From: Octopus bimaculoides
Lineage: Eukaryota
Length of the DNA: 53,781 nt
Reading direction: 5' to 3'
NCBI RefSeq assembly: GCF_001194135.2
Contig: NC_068998.1
Location: forward strand, 44,028,260-44,082,040
In this document: piece by piece, positions 37,577-50,519 of the stretch
Position numbering within the stretch: position 1 is the first letter of the stretch
How the letters are laid out: every line of letters starts with the position of its first letter
Program-made: the position numbers and the translations under genes
Notes under the pieces: model-generated
Databases searched by the model: none
The model's input: only the letters and a program-made list of their open reading frames with translations
Told to the model about the DNA's origin: nothing

Positions 37577-38414
37577 TACCTGTTCGTATATACAAACAAA
37601 CTTTAGGTTAGTTAAAATATGTTTGTGACCTATTTCAACTTTTAAAGGCAAATTCACTGCAGTTACTGAGGAGGAAAAATTCTCTCTTATGGTAACAAGT
37701 GTGAAAACCCCATATCTGTCTAGTGTTGCTCCCTATCAGATTCCCAGATGTATTTCTAGCTCTTTAGCTATTATCAAAGGGAAATACCAGAGAGAAGTAA
37801 CTCTAAGCAGATTTCAAAATCATAGCTTTAACTAAAACACAGTCAACAATATTGAATGAATTGTGCTACACATGCACATACATATATATGTGTACGTGTG
37901 TATTTTTATTGTCTACTTTCTACAGTTATTTGACTGTGGTCATGATCTTGCTTACATCGATCCTAGAGCTTAAGTCTGAGACACATTCTCTTAGTTGCTT
38001 TTTCACTAAATTTGTAATGTACAGACATAAACAAAACAACAACAGTTGTCAGGTGGTAAGAGACAAACACAAGTAAGAAATGCATAGACATGTGTATACA
38101 CATACACATGCATCTTCAGTGACAATGTAAAAACTTCTTCACGATATTGAAAACAATGGTTCTTTTTATAGATAAGTACTCTTATTTCAAATTATGAAAT
38201 CCCAGTGTAGCTTTGTTTTATATCAGGTGAACTGGGATGGACAGGGTTAAGTACTATGCACATATGGCGAAAATAAAACTTTGGTTAATCAGGGTTGAAC
38301 TCCAGATCATGTCGATTGTCTGGCACTTTGACATTATGCCTATTGTGTCAAAATGTATATGGATTTAAAAAAAAAAAAAAAAAAATTCATCTTTTTTCTA
38401 TCATAGATGGAACA

Positions 38415-38577
38415 CTGCAGGCATGGTTCTGTGGTAAGAAGCTTGCTCCCCAACTACATGGTTCTGGGTTCAGTCCCATTGCATGGCACCTTGAGCAAGT
38501 ATCTTCTACTGTAGCCTCAGGCCGACCAAATCCTTGTGAGTGGAATTGCTAGACAGAAACTGGAAGAAGCCCATCGT

Positions 38578-38619
<42 letters not shown>

Positions 38620-38629
38620 NNNNNNNNNN

Positions 38630-38681
<52 letters not shown>

Positions 38682-38895
38682 ACTGCTTGTCCACCCCACC
38701 CCTTGGCAACCGAACCGATGCTGGTGTGTTTATGTCTCCATAACTTAGTGGTGAAACAAAAACGACCAGTAAGATAAGTACTAGGCTTACAAAGAACTAA
38801 GTCCTGGGGTCAATTTCTTCGACTAACACCCTTCAAGGCAGTGCTCCAGCATGGCCGCAGTCAAATGACTGAAACAAGTAAAAGAATAAAAAAAT
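38415..38895 (+). mobile_element. SINE family A, full length (10-N gap in the internal TA run)
   Basis: Head to aaaagaataaaa tail. Confidence 0.9.
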
Positions 38896-39239
38896 AAATA
38901 TGTGACCATTAATGGGACACATATAAGATAGAATGTTATTAGATTTTAGTTGAAGAGAAATCTTGATGAAAGATTTGAGATTTCGTTCAGAGAAAGAGTG
39001 ATTGAGGTGTGGAAAAGTTTATTGAGAATCAACTTTGTAATTAGTAACACAGATCATCTGTTGATTATTGGTGTTCGTAATCAGATTATTAAAGCAGAGG
39101 GAAGCGAAATAGAACAATTCAATGAATGAATATTAAGTTATTTTAATGTTTGTCTTTCTTTTTTTCTTATGTAAAGTAGGTCTTTTGCTTCTTTGGTACC
39201 AAATGCAAGCTAAATAGCGGATTACTATTCATAGATACA

Positions 39240-39600
39240 GTAATGGCTGTGTGGGTTACATGTTTGTTTCACAACCACATGGTTTTGAGTTTAGTGCCAC
39301 TGTGTGGCACCCAGGGCAAGAGTCATGTAGTATAGCCTTTGGCCAAACAACACTTTGCAAGTGGATCTAGTAAATGGAAATTGCAGAAACCTGTCGTGTA
39401 TGTGTGTATGTATCTCTTTACGTTTGTCTCACACTGCTTGATAACCTACATTGGTTTGTTTGCATCCCTATAACTTATTGGAATTTTTTTTTTTTTTTTT
39501 TGTATTTTTTTGTAAAAAGAGACAAATAGATGAGTGCAGGCTTTGATTTGATTGACTAAACCCCAGTGATTGAAACACGTAAAAGAATAAAAGTATTAAG
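39240..39600 (+). mobile_element. SINE family A, degraded
   Basis: tggctgtgtgg...acaaccacatgg...gtggcacc...actgaaac-like tail. Confidence 0.7.
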
Positions 39601-40354
39601 TATTATACCACATTCAATTAATTTCTGGAGGTGCCAAGTTTGCCAGTAAAATTAGTACAAATTTTATAAAATAGCTTGTTTTATTGTTTTATCCATCTCA
39701 GAAATAAGGTGTGTGGTGTGTATGTGTGTGTGTGTGTGTATGTGTGTGTGTGCACGCTTGTGTGTGTGTCTAGTGGGAAATGAAATCACTAACTTTGTCC
39801 TATGAACCACTTTGGTGTGTAATGGATTTTACAAGAAATGCTTAGGAACTCTGTGTGAAGATGAAAATAGATATCAGGTGCAAACCCTCAAGGTACTCAA
39901 GCAATTTTGAATTTAGAGTCACTTGATTCTTTAGTCTTTAGGCCAATTTAATCCCTTGCAAATCTACACTCATAGAGATTCTCTACATACCTAATTAATT
40001 TGTGGCATTGCTTAAACAACTCTTTGTTTTTTTGTTTTTTTTTTTGTTCCTTTAAGTTTCTTGACTAAAAACAGATATTTATTTCATTGATAAGTTTGTC
40101 CAAAAATGATGTCACCCAGTAATGTTCTACTTGAAGTGTGAGGAATTTGGTGAATACAGATATAATTTGGAAACTGAAGTGAGCTACATAACCATTTTGG
40201 TTGTAAGGCAGCACTTCAAATTTTCTTTTACTTTTTTTTCCATCTCAGGCAATGCTTAGCAAATGTGTCTGGTTGATTGTGTGTACTATTCTGCAAGGAA
40301 TTTTTCAGTGAGGTGTTTAACTTTCTACTACAAACTAAGAACATTAATTGTATT

Positions 40355-40615
40355 AAACTGGTACTCCATCAGTTATAACAATGTACGTTCAGGGAACCTG
40401 ATTAATGGAACAGCCAGCTTGTGAAACGAATGTGCAAATGGCTGATCATTCCACAGACATGCATACCCTTGTCATAGTTCTCACAGAGCTTCAGTGTGAC
40501 AAGGCTGGCCCTTGGAATTACAGGTGCAACTCACTTTTGCCAGCTGAATGGACTGAAGAAATGTGAAATTACGGGTCTTGCTCAAGGACCCAATACACAG
40601 TCAGGAATTGAGCTT
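40355..40615 (-). mobile_element. SINE with D-type central domain and C-type tail
   Basis: Contains gtgaaattacgggtcttgctcaaggac and gtgacaaggctggccctt segments. Confidence 0.7.
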
Positions 40616-40629
40616 AGGAATGTAAGTCA

Positions 40630-41044
40630 AGCACAAGCATGGCTGTATGGTAAGAAGCTTGCTTCCCAACCACATGGTTCCAAGCTCAGTCCCATTGCAT
40701 GGCACCTTGGCCAAGTGTTTTCTACTATAGCCTCAGGCTGACCAAAACCTTGTGAGCGGATTTGGTAGATGGAAACTGAAAGAAGCCTGTTATTTATATA
40801 TATGTGTGTGTGTGTGTGTCTTTGTGTCTGTTTCTCCCCCCCCCCAGCGTTGCTTGACATCCAATGTTGGTGTATTTACATCCCCCGTAACTTAACAGTT
40901 TGGCAAAAGTGACCAATAGAATAAGTATTAAGCTTACAAAGAATAAGTCCTGGGGTCGATTTCTTCGACTAGCACCATTTAAGGTGATGCTCCAGTTTGG
41001 CCACAGTCTAATGACTGAAACAAGTAAAAGAATAAAAGAAAGAA
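40630..41044 (+). mobile_element. SINE family A, full length
   Basis: Head to aaaagaataaaagaa tail. Confidence 0.9.
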
Positions 41045-42199
41045 TTTACTGCAGATAAGTTTTAATGAAGGGTGATATGGACACCAACTGAGAACCACCA
41101 ATTTACAACTATTCCTAAAATCATTAACATTTAACCACATTCTGTTTTGAAAATTCTTTAAACATACAGACTATAACAACTATGTCAGTGAAATCAGACT
41201 AAACATTGAAAAAAATGATTAAAAAATGTATTTTGTTTAAACAACTTAACAATACTATTTATAGAAATGTTAGAACATAAATATTAAGAAGAAAGCACTA
41301 AAGAAGGAAAAAAATGCTGTTTTAGTATACTTTTCTCACCACCCATTCATTAAAAGTTATTTGTTTTGTTTTATTAAGTAGATAACTTGTCTGAAGAGAT
41401 TTCCATTTATAGATCCATCATCTTATAAAAACTATCTGATAGACATTAAAAAAAAAAACAACCCTGTTATTTTTAATAAATATAGAAAAGATTTATCTGA
41501 AGGTTTGTAATTTATCCAGTATTCACAGTTTGTTACAAAATATTTTGTTTTGTTCCTTGTGTTTTAGTGTATGCTTCTGTAAGACAAATTACATCATTTA
41601 TACTAAGACAAGCTAATTGGAAAATTGACAGTAATAAAAGTATTTATATGTTGTCTCTTGACTGCCCAAGCATGATAGTAAATTTTCCGTGTCATTTTCT
41701 TACCAAGTTTAAAACTGAAATTACAATCATAAACTTTAATTTTTAAGGCAGTAATTCTAATATAAAAGCAAAATAACCACAGTTATGTTATCAATCACTA
41801 TGCAATAGATTAGATTCTAACATGATGTATATGAGATTACTGCTGGTGCTTCGCTGTTCTGGTTTGTGTTGTATTACACATGAATACTTGGCTGACTCCA
41901 GTAACATAACAGGTTTTCCATGAGAGGAGGTCACTGACCTCCATCTTTATTTCTAAAGGAAAAAGGACACAGTGAGTGATTTCCCGTGGATTTCCTTGCA
42001 GAGAGAGAGAGAGAGAGAATTGGCCTAGTACTTGGCCAATATTCCATTTAACATCTTCCAAAAGAAAAATAAGCAGTTGACCAGGATTATTTGACTTCAG
42101 AATCCCAACATGAGGTATTAGGGTCCTAGAGTGACATTTAGGAATCTGATTGGATACACCCATCATATACATGTATATATACGTGTGTATGGGGAGGCT

Positions 42200-42460
42200 C
42201 ATGGCCAAGAGGTTAGGGTTTTGAATTCATGATTACAAGATCATGGTTTCAATTTCTGGACTGGGTGGTGCATTCTGTTCTTGAGGAAAACACACCATCT
42301 CACATTGCTCTGCAATCACTGATGGGTGGTACTCTGTGCACTTGTTCAGCCAACATCGATTTGATAGAGGCAGTTAGCTCATGTACAGTACAAACACCTG
42401 ATCACTACAAACAAATCGTTTGTGCAGATTGTTCAGCAAAAACTTGCAGAACCATCTTTC
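42200..42460 (+). mobile_element. tRNA-headed SINE (D-like head, different tail)
   Basis: atggccaagaggttagg...ggtttcaatttctggactgggtgg...cttgagg..cacattgctc. Confidence 0.65.
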
Positions 42461-42580
42461 TTGGACAAAGATATATATTTATATATTCTGTTGTGTCTGG
42501 GGAGAGTCATTCTCTTTTGGTGCCTTATAATTTAGCACACTCACCGGTAAAATTTCCACTTATATATTTTTTGTTTTTCT

Positions 42581-42655
42581 AAAATTTCCTTTGCCTTTGC
42601 AACTTTTTCAATAGTCTAAACTATTGAAAAGGTTGCAAGAAGCAACGAAAATTTT
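42581..42655. repeat. Imperfect 75-nt inverted repeat
   Basis: Inner 19-bp arms at 42597-42615 / 42620-42638 with one mismatch and a CTAA loop. Confidence 0.85.
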
Positions 42656-43675
42656 GAACACTAGGGTTGAAATAATTGACTAACCCCCTTACTACAAAAT
42701 TCCAGGCTTTTGTAGAAAGTGTAGAAAGTGCCTGTAGTAGAAAGTATGGTTAAGGTGGCATTTGGAAAATAAAACTAATATGAAGATTTGATGAAAGATT
42801 TTAATTTAAATCCCTTTAATATAGGAAGTTTGTATCATAGGACTCAGGGCAGTGTCAGGAAGGTTTGTACCATAAAGGTTAATGTATGATTTGTTGGAGA
42901 TTTAGCTGCTACTTTGAGAGGTAAAATAGCTATGTAGAGGCACTTTAGTCGACTCATTTGTAACTGATGTTATTGTATGAGCAGGTAATCCAGTTTCTTA
43001 TCCGTTCATTTTTTATTTTTTTTATTTCATCCTCACTCTAAGGTTAGATAAATAGATAAACAGGAGAGAGAAAGAGAGAAGTTGTAACTGTTCAGATGCC
43101 TTATGCTGGAAGCCACACTGAAGACTTTACTAATTTATTATAGTAAGAGCTTATCAGTTTTCAGTTTTATGTCACATGCAGACATCAGACGGATTGAGAA
43201 CATTAATCCGACTGAGATATGAGTTTAAGAAATCGGATTCTAAAATGTCAGAAGTTAAATGACAGTATGAACCTGTTCAATATCTCAATGTTTTTAATAG
43301 TTTTTCCACTTATTTTTGATTTTGGGGTTACAACTATAAACACATGGATATTTCAGCTGGCTTGAAAATATGAAATTGAAGATTTGATCTAGAATATTGA
43401 TTCTGTTGTACTTTTAACTCTTATGTACCAGACAGTATTAATTGTTGTTGCTGATGGTGGTGATGATGATGATGAGAAGGAGGAGGAGGTATTGATAGTG
43501 ATGGTAACAGTGACAGTGGTGTCAGCAATGATGACAATTAAATAAGGAGGGTGGATGACAGAATTAACAGTGGAAAACAAGTAGTGTGATAGTTACTTTT
43601 CTGGGTTCAAATCTTACTGAAGTTGATTTTGTCTTTTATTTATAAGGCTTCATGAACCATATAAATAGCAGCTAA

Positions 43676-43900
43676 CCCTTTTGATGCCAACTTGCTTGAA
43701 ACTACTCCCAGTTCCATGACACAAGCTCCATGTTTTAAAGGGATCTAAATTAAAACCTTTCACCTAAATTTCACGTTAACTTATTTTCCAGACAGCAGCT
43801 TAATAATGGCAAACTTATTTTACTAAATTCTTTGTTAATTTCAAAGCTAATTGAAACATGGGCAGTGTATTTCATTAGAAATGTGGTTATGAATATGTTA
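43676..43900. mobile_element. Degraded TAACCC-starting MITE
   Basis: Starts taaccctttt; an internal segment resembles the reverse complement of 42750-42850. The right terminus is unclear. Confidence 0.45.
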
Positions 43901-43990
43901 GACCTCGGTGTCAATTAAACTGCCAAAATTCCTCCTTCGAAAACAAAATGTGCTTATATGGTAATGTAGGTCACCGTTATTACCGATTCT

Positions 43991-44213
43991 AAGGTAGTGA
44001 GCTGGCAGAGTCAATAGCATGCTAGATAAAATGTTAGGTGGGATTTCATGTCCTTTTCACATTCTGGGTTCAAATTCTACGGAGATCAACTTTGCCTATC
44101 GTCCTTTTGGGGTTGATAGAGTTAAGTACCAGTCATGAACTGAGGTTCATGTAAGTTATTATCTTCTCACTCCCGCTAAAAGTTTAGGTCTTATGCCTGT
44201 AGCAGAAAGAATT
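43991..44213 (+). mobile_element. SINE family B
   Basis: aaggtagtgagctggcagag...gggttcaaattctacggagatcaactttgcc. Confidence 0.88.
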
Positions 44214-45119
44214 ATTAATGACTCTGTGAGCTTTTAGTGTCATTCCTCTCCATTCAGTTCTCTTTGCAAAAATATTTGGTGTAATCAACAAATATTTTCA
44301 TTAGATTCCACACTCGAGCGATACTCTTTATAGTAGAGTTTCTTGCTGAGATATAATCAGTCTCCCTCAAGTTTATTACATTTTCATGCCTTTCTGCACA
44401 AACAGTGGGGAGCAGATGTGAAAGGAAATGCTTTCAATCTGAAGTCGAATCCACATTACAGATTCCCCATACTTATCAGGGTATTAACTATTTTATTCTG
44501 TGCCATTTTAAATTTTCAAACATAATTAACACTTTATGTTAATGAATTCCAATGACTTTAAAGCCACATGTTTCCACTTTCATGCTCTTAATAGCTGAGA
44601 GACTTTCATATAAAGTTGTCTACTTTTTAATATCACTTACCATTTAGAAGGAAATATTTTTTGTTTTGTTTTGTTTTTAGTTTTTAACCTTCAACAAAAC
44701 CCACTGCTTCATAATGGAGACTTCGTGATTTCTGATTGAAATCCTATTTATCTATTTGATGCCTGATGATGAAATAATAAATGCCATTTCTAAATCCTTT
44801 ACTTTTCTGCTAAAATCCACACGTGTGATAATGGCTTCGCCGGATATTTCCCGCTAGCTTCACTATCATTTTACTAAGCCATTTGAGTAAGTTAAACCGA
44901 AATGAAATAAAGTGGCTTTTAATGTCAACCACTGTTTCATGTACTTTGCAGTTCCGCTGTATGGGTTTCTAGATGTCGTCTATGTTGATGAAACTGCGTC
45001 TTGATTGATAGCTGCAGCTTACTTTGGAATACTTTCTCGTATCTTACTAAGAAGATTTGAATAATAAAATGCTTCCTTGCTGATGCATACATTAAAAGAG
45101 TAAAAATTAATATCAGTCC

Positions 45120-45337
45120 CAAATTTTTGCTGACACAAGGCCAGCAATTTTGGTGGAGGGGTTAAGTCAATTACAACGCCCCCCCCCCACATCCCCAGTG
45201 ATCATCTGGTTCTTATTTTATTGACCCTGAAAGGTAAAGTTGACTTGGGTGGAATTTGAACTCAGAGCATGAAGATGGCCATACGATGCTGCTAAGTATT
45301 TTCCCAGCATGTTAATGTTTCTGTTGGTTCACCGCCT
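45120..45337 (-). mobile_element. SINE family B
   Basis: Reverse complement of the family B pattern seen at 43991. Confidence 0.85.
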
Positions 45338-45354
45338 TTGTAATATTTAATATT

Positions 45355-45570
45355 CCTTCCTACAGGAAGCGCAAGGCCTCAAATTTGGGTGAAGGGATTA
45401 AGTTGATTACATCGACCCCATTGCATAACTGGTACTTATTTAATCGACCCCGAAAGGATGAAAGGCAAAGTCAACCTCAGCAGAATTTGAACTCAGAACG
45501 TAGCGACGGGCAAAATACCGCTAAGCATGTCATCCAGCATGCTAACGAATCTGCCCACTCATTGCCTTAT
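45355..45570 (-). mobile_element. SINE family B with a 17-bp TSD
   Basis: TTGTAATATTTAATATT at both 45338-45354 and 45571-45587. Confidence 0.92.
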
Positions 45571-45830
45571 TTGTAATATTTAATATTAAACACATTTTAC
45601 TTGAGTTTCAACAGAATTCATTTGAGGTAACTTATCTTTTACTTGTTACAGTCATTGGGACTAAGGCCCTATTGGCACACCACCTTAAAGGGTTTAATTG
45701 AACAAATTGACTCAGTCTGGTACTCAGACATGGTCTGTCTAAAACTGATTTTTCAATTTGTCCTTGCTTTAAAATGGTAAGATGTTATTTAGCAATTGTA
45801 AGCAATGCTGTAAAGACTCTCTCAAATACT

Positions 45831-45943
45831 TACAGAGGGGTACTGAAAAGTTCCTGGCTTTAAGAGTGTCACAAAAGGCCTGGTTGGAGGCCCAATCTTC
45901 CGAGTTCTTTTACAGGGCTTAGAAAAACTGAAGCACAACTGCA
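45831..45943 (+). mobile_element. Left part of an internally deleted mariner element
   Basis: TA plus TIR-like cagaggggtactgaaaagttcctggc joined to KAWLEAQSSEFF, which resembles the mariner C-terminal helix WFxSQPxEFY. Confidence 0.65.
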
Positions 45944-46174
45944 TGGGACAAGGCTGGCCTTTTGAATTACAGGCACAACAGAAACAGGAAGAAAGAGTGA
46001 GAGAAAGTTGTGGTGAAAGAGTACAGCAGGGTTCGCCACCATCCCCTGCCAGAGCCTTGTGGAACTTTAGGTGTTTTCACTCAATAAACACTCACAACGC
46101 CTGGTCTGGGAATTGAAACCGTGATCCTATGACCGCGAGTCCGCTGCCCTAACAACTGGGCCATTGTGCCTCCA
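45944..46174 (-). mobile_element. SINE family C, 5' half
   Basis: Closely similar to 33420-33653. Confidence 0.9.
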
Positions 46175-47177
46175 TCATCTTAAAAGTAGGGCTCATTCAA
46201 TGATGTAGTCAAGATTACATAATCTCTGAAATAAGATATGATGGTTATGGATGGAATGCCTTTGAACATAATTCTGCTTGATCAGGTTTGTCCTGGTATT
46301 AAACAACGTCAGCAACTTACATAAACTTAGCTTGTACAAGGGAGCTTGTATATGGTCATTCAGTCTGTGAGAAATACCATCCAAAAAGCTCTTAAATTAC
46401 ACCACTAAATTCTTGAAACACGAGAAATACATTGGATAAGATCATTCTGGATGTGCAACACGCAAGAGATGAATGAGGTAGTTATTGGCACATTTTGATC
46501 ATAAGGATGCTTAGTCAGGAATATCCAGGGGCCAAACAACAACAACTTAATGCAGAATAAATGTAATAATGCATATTTTTTCAAAGAAAATTATGACTAA
46601 TTATGTTAGCATTGATAAATGAGATCATCATTTATTCATTGTATCATATTAAGAAAACAATGTTTTGCAGTATAATTAATTACTGCTTTATTCTTAATAA
46701 ATAATTCAGTCATCTAGCAAATTTATCTTACCTTCCAGCAAGTTTAAGGGAACTTTGACCTTTTTTTTAATTTCTTTATCAGGTTTGTTGTCTTTATTTC
46801 ACACTTATATCCTTTATCAATACATCAACAATTTATTCCATTGTTTTCCCTTCTTTCTTCTTTCCTTCCTTCCTTTACCGTTTCATTCAATTGAAAAACT
46901 TTCAGAGAGATCCTAATTAACTTCATACTAATGATCTTGTTTGACAACAAGCGAAAACTTCTCATTGAATTTGTGATGTTATTAAAGGAAAAGAAAAAAA
47001 AGGGATAAAAAAAATAAACTTTGAGAAATACATTGAATACAAAAGACCTGTACATAAATAAGAGTGTTTAAGGAAGGTGTCGTCTAGATATGAATGACAT
47101 CAACTAATATCATGCAGTGATTCTTTGGAATAATGAATTAATTCAGCAAAGGATTCTGTTTGAAGATAAAGAAAAAC

Positions 47178-47465
47178 ATGGTTCTGGGTTCAGTCCCAAT
47201 GCGTTGCACCTTGGGCTAGTGTCTTCTACTATAGCCTCGGGCCGACCAAAGACTTGTGAGTGGATTTCGTAGACGGAAACTAAACGAAGCCTGCCGTACA
47301 TATGTATATATATATGTGTGTTTGTGTGTCAGTGTGTTTTCCCCCAACATCACTTGACAACCGATGCTGGTGTGTTTACTTCTCTGTAACTTAGTGGTGC
47401 GGCAAAAGAGACCGATAGAATAAGTACTAGGCTTACAAAGAATAAGTCCTGGGGTCGATTTGTGT
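47178..47465 (+). mobile_element. SINE family A, truncated at both ends
   Basis: catggttctgggttcagtccc...aataagtcctggggtcgatt. Confidence 0.88.
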
Positions 47466-47615
47466 TTTCAAAAGACAGAGGTGTTGTGGGTCAGTGATAT
47501 CTTCTTGATGTCAAATTACTTAGAAATGTGATAACAACCATATAATCTCAATATCATGTATGAATCAAATCATCTTTTACAGTGTGACATTTCTTTTGTA
47601 GTTCAGTATATGGAG

Positions 47616-47703
<88 letters not shown>

Positions 47704-47758
47704 NNNNNNNNNNNNNNNNNNNNNNNNNNNNNNNNNNNNNNNNNNNNNNNNNNNNNNN

Positions 47759-47805
<47 letters not shown>

Positions 47806-48117
47806 TACCCATTCTTTTTACATTCATCTTTATATTTCTCTTCACTCCTCTTTTAACTACATCCCCTCAAACCACACACACACACTCACACTGCCTCTCT
47901 CTCTCTCTGTTTCTCTCACTCTTTCTGTCTGTCTTCTTCTTATTATTCTTCTTCCACCTTTATTTTCATTATATTTGGTAAACCTTTCTGCTATTCTCTT
48001 CCTTTCTCTAGCATTCTCTCATTCATACTTGCACAAACACACACACAGAAAATTTGCATTATTGTTTTCTGAAAATTGTCAAGATCTTTAAAAAACTCAA
48101 TTATCTATTATTCCAAA

Positions 48118-48280
48118 ACATCATCATCATCATCATCGTTTAACGTCCGCTTTCCATGCTAGCATGGGTTGGACGATTTGACTGAGGACTGGTGAAACCG
48201 GATGGCAACACCAGGCTCCAGTTTCTACAGCTGGATGCCCTTCCTAACGCCAACCACTCAGAGAGTGTAGTGGGTGCTTT
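48118..48280 (-). mobile_element. Family E retroposon with a small internal deletion
   Basis: (CAT)n then cgtttaacgtccgctttccatgctagcatggg; lacks the atctgatctggcaga segment seen in the other copies. Confidence 0.88.
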
Positions 48281-50149
48281 AAGTATATATATATATANNN
48301 NNNNNNNNNNNNNNNNNNNNNNNNNNNNNNNNNNNNNNNNNNNNNNNNNNNNNNNNNNNNNNNNNNNNNNNNNNNNNNNNNNNNNNNNNNNNNNNNNNNN
48401 NNNNNNNNNNNNNNNNNNNNNNNNNNNNNNNNNNNNNNNNNNNNNNNNNNNNNNNNNNNNNNNNNNNNNNNNNNNNNNNNNNNNNNNNNNNNNNNNNNNN
48501 NNNNNNNNNNNNNNNNNNNNNNNNNNNNNNNNNNNNNNNNNNNNNNNNNNNNNNNNNNNNNNNNNNNNNNNNNNNNNNNNNNNNNNNNNNNNNNNNNNNN
48601 NNNNNNNNNNNNNNNNNNNNNNNNNNNNNNNNNNNNNNNNNNNNNNNNNNNNNNNNNNNNNNNNNNNNNNNNNNNNNNNNNNNNNNNNNNNNNNNNNNNN
48701 NNNNNNNNNNNNNNNNNNNNNNNNNNNNNNNNNNNNNNNNNNNNNNNNNNNNNNNNNNNNNNNNNNNNNNNNNNNNNNNNNNNNNNNNNNNNNNNNNNNN
48801 NNNNNNNNNNNNNNNNNNNNNNNNNNNNNNNNNNNNNNNNNNNNNNNNNNNNNNNNNNNNNNNNNNNNNNNNNNNNNNNNNNNNNNNNNNNNNNNNNNNN
48901 NNNNNNNNNNNNNNNNNNNNNNNNNNNNNNNNNNNNNNNNNNNNNNNNNNNGTGATTGAGAAAGCGAAAATATTATGATGGATCTATGTGACCAAGTATA
49001 AAGAGCTTGAGAATAAGAACCGTTTTTATTTGTTTATTTATTAACCTGATTCCAATCAATAGTTGATTTCTTGTACCTCATCCCCACATTCTTCATCTCC
49101 CTACCATAACCTGTTGTTCTCCCTGGGAGAAGAAAATTCCCCCCCCCCTCCTCCACACTCCTATGGCTCTGATCTCTGCATTTAGTTCCCTCTAATAATA
49201 GCTCTGATCCAGTTTCGTTTTTATTTCCTTTTAAATAAGAATAAAACAGAAACCCCATCAGTTTCGATTAAATAGATAAATAAATATACAAATGTGTGTG
49301 TGTGTGTGCGTGTGTGTATAATAAAATTAAGAACTGAGAGGAAAGTGTATTAGAAAAAACCATTCTGTTGAAAGGAAGCTGCTTGTTGTTGTTGTTCTTT
49401 TAGCTGGCATTGATTTACAGACGTAATGTCAACTCAGCGGCACCGACAATATCAACAAATAAAATAAAATAAAATTACAGAAATAAATCAAAGACAAAAT
49501 AAAATGAGCGAAAAAGGTACAAAAATAAAATTAAATTAAAAGGGAGGAAAAAAAGTAAGATCATTGTTTTTACTTCGAAAAAAAAAAAAACTATGTGCAG
49601 TAATGAAATAATAAAAAAAAAATAAAAAAATCAACAGTGCAAGTAAGTCAAAACTAAGCTTAAAATATCACACCACTAACCTTGTTAAAAGTCTTTGTGA
49701 AATAAAATAAGATATAAATTAAAGAACTCAGGAAATCCTAAAAAAATCTGCTAAAAAAATGTAGTGGGTGAGTTAAGGAAATAGAAGTTTCCAAAATAAT
49801 GGAATAGAATCACATGGAATTCTTTTTGTGATTTGCAGAATTCTGGTAGAGAGAGAGAAAGATACACAGTGGAAATTGGATTGATTACAGTAAAGAAATT
49901 AAATACAGCAGAGTAGAACATAAAGGGAATGAGATAAGTAATTAAAAAAGAAAAAAAGCAAACGAACAAACCAACAAACAAACAAACAATATGGGTGTGT
50001 GGTTAAGATGTTCATGTCACCACATTGATCCTGGTTCAATCCCTCTCTGTAAAACCATAGCCACACATTGAAACCTTGTGAATAAAAGTTTCACTTGTCA
50101 TGTCTTCATATCTGCTAAGAAAAAAGAAAGGTACTCTTTTTGGTTAGGA

Positions 50150-50435
50150 CACAAGGGGCTCGATCTGGTCAACAGAACATCTTGCTAGTAAAATTATTGA
50201 GCAAGTGACTGAATACTCCACAGGCATGCATACCCTAAATGTAGTTCTCAGGGAGATTCAATGGGGGCACAGAATGGGATAAGGCCGGCCCTTTGAAATA
50301 CAGGTACTACTCATTTTTGCCAGCTCAGTGGACTGGAGCAAAGTGAAATAAAGTGTCTTGCTCAAGGGCCCATTGCACTGCCAGGAATCAAACTCATGGT
50401 CTTATGATCATGAGCTGAATATCCTAACCACTAAG
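50150..50435 (-). mobile_element. SINE with D-type head/central domain and C-type tail
   Basis: ggactggagcaagtgaaataaagtgtcttgctcaagg...cctaaccactaagcca. Confidence 0.8.
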
Positions 50436-50519
50436 CCACATGCTTTCCGCTGCATATCAAAGAAATAAACAAATAAAACATGGCATCCATAGCAGTTTGC
50501 AAAGTTTTTATTTGAATGA

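Noticed and set aside
44952-45004. Acceptor followed by VPLYGFLDVVYVDETAS*
   Set aside because: Short, ends in a stop, is unrecognised and has no other support.
48182-48205. CTGAGGA-CTGGT-GAAA (reverse complement at about 4505-4526)
   Set aside because: Hammerhead-like words, but stem II cannot form and there is no UH site with stem I; it is part of family E.
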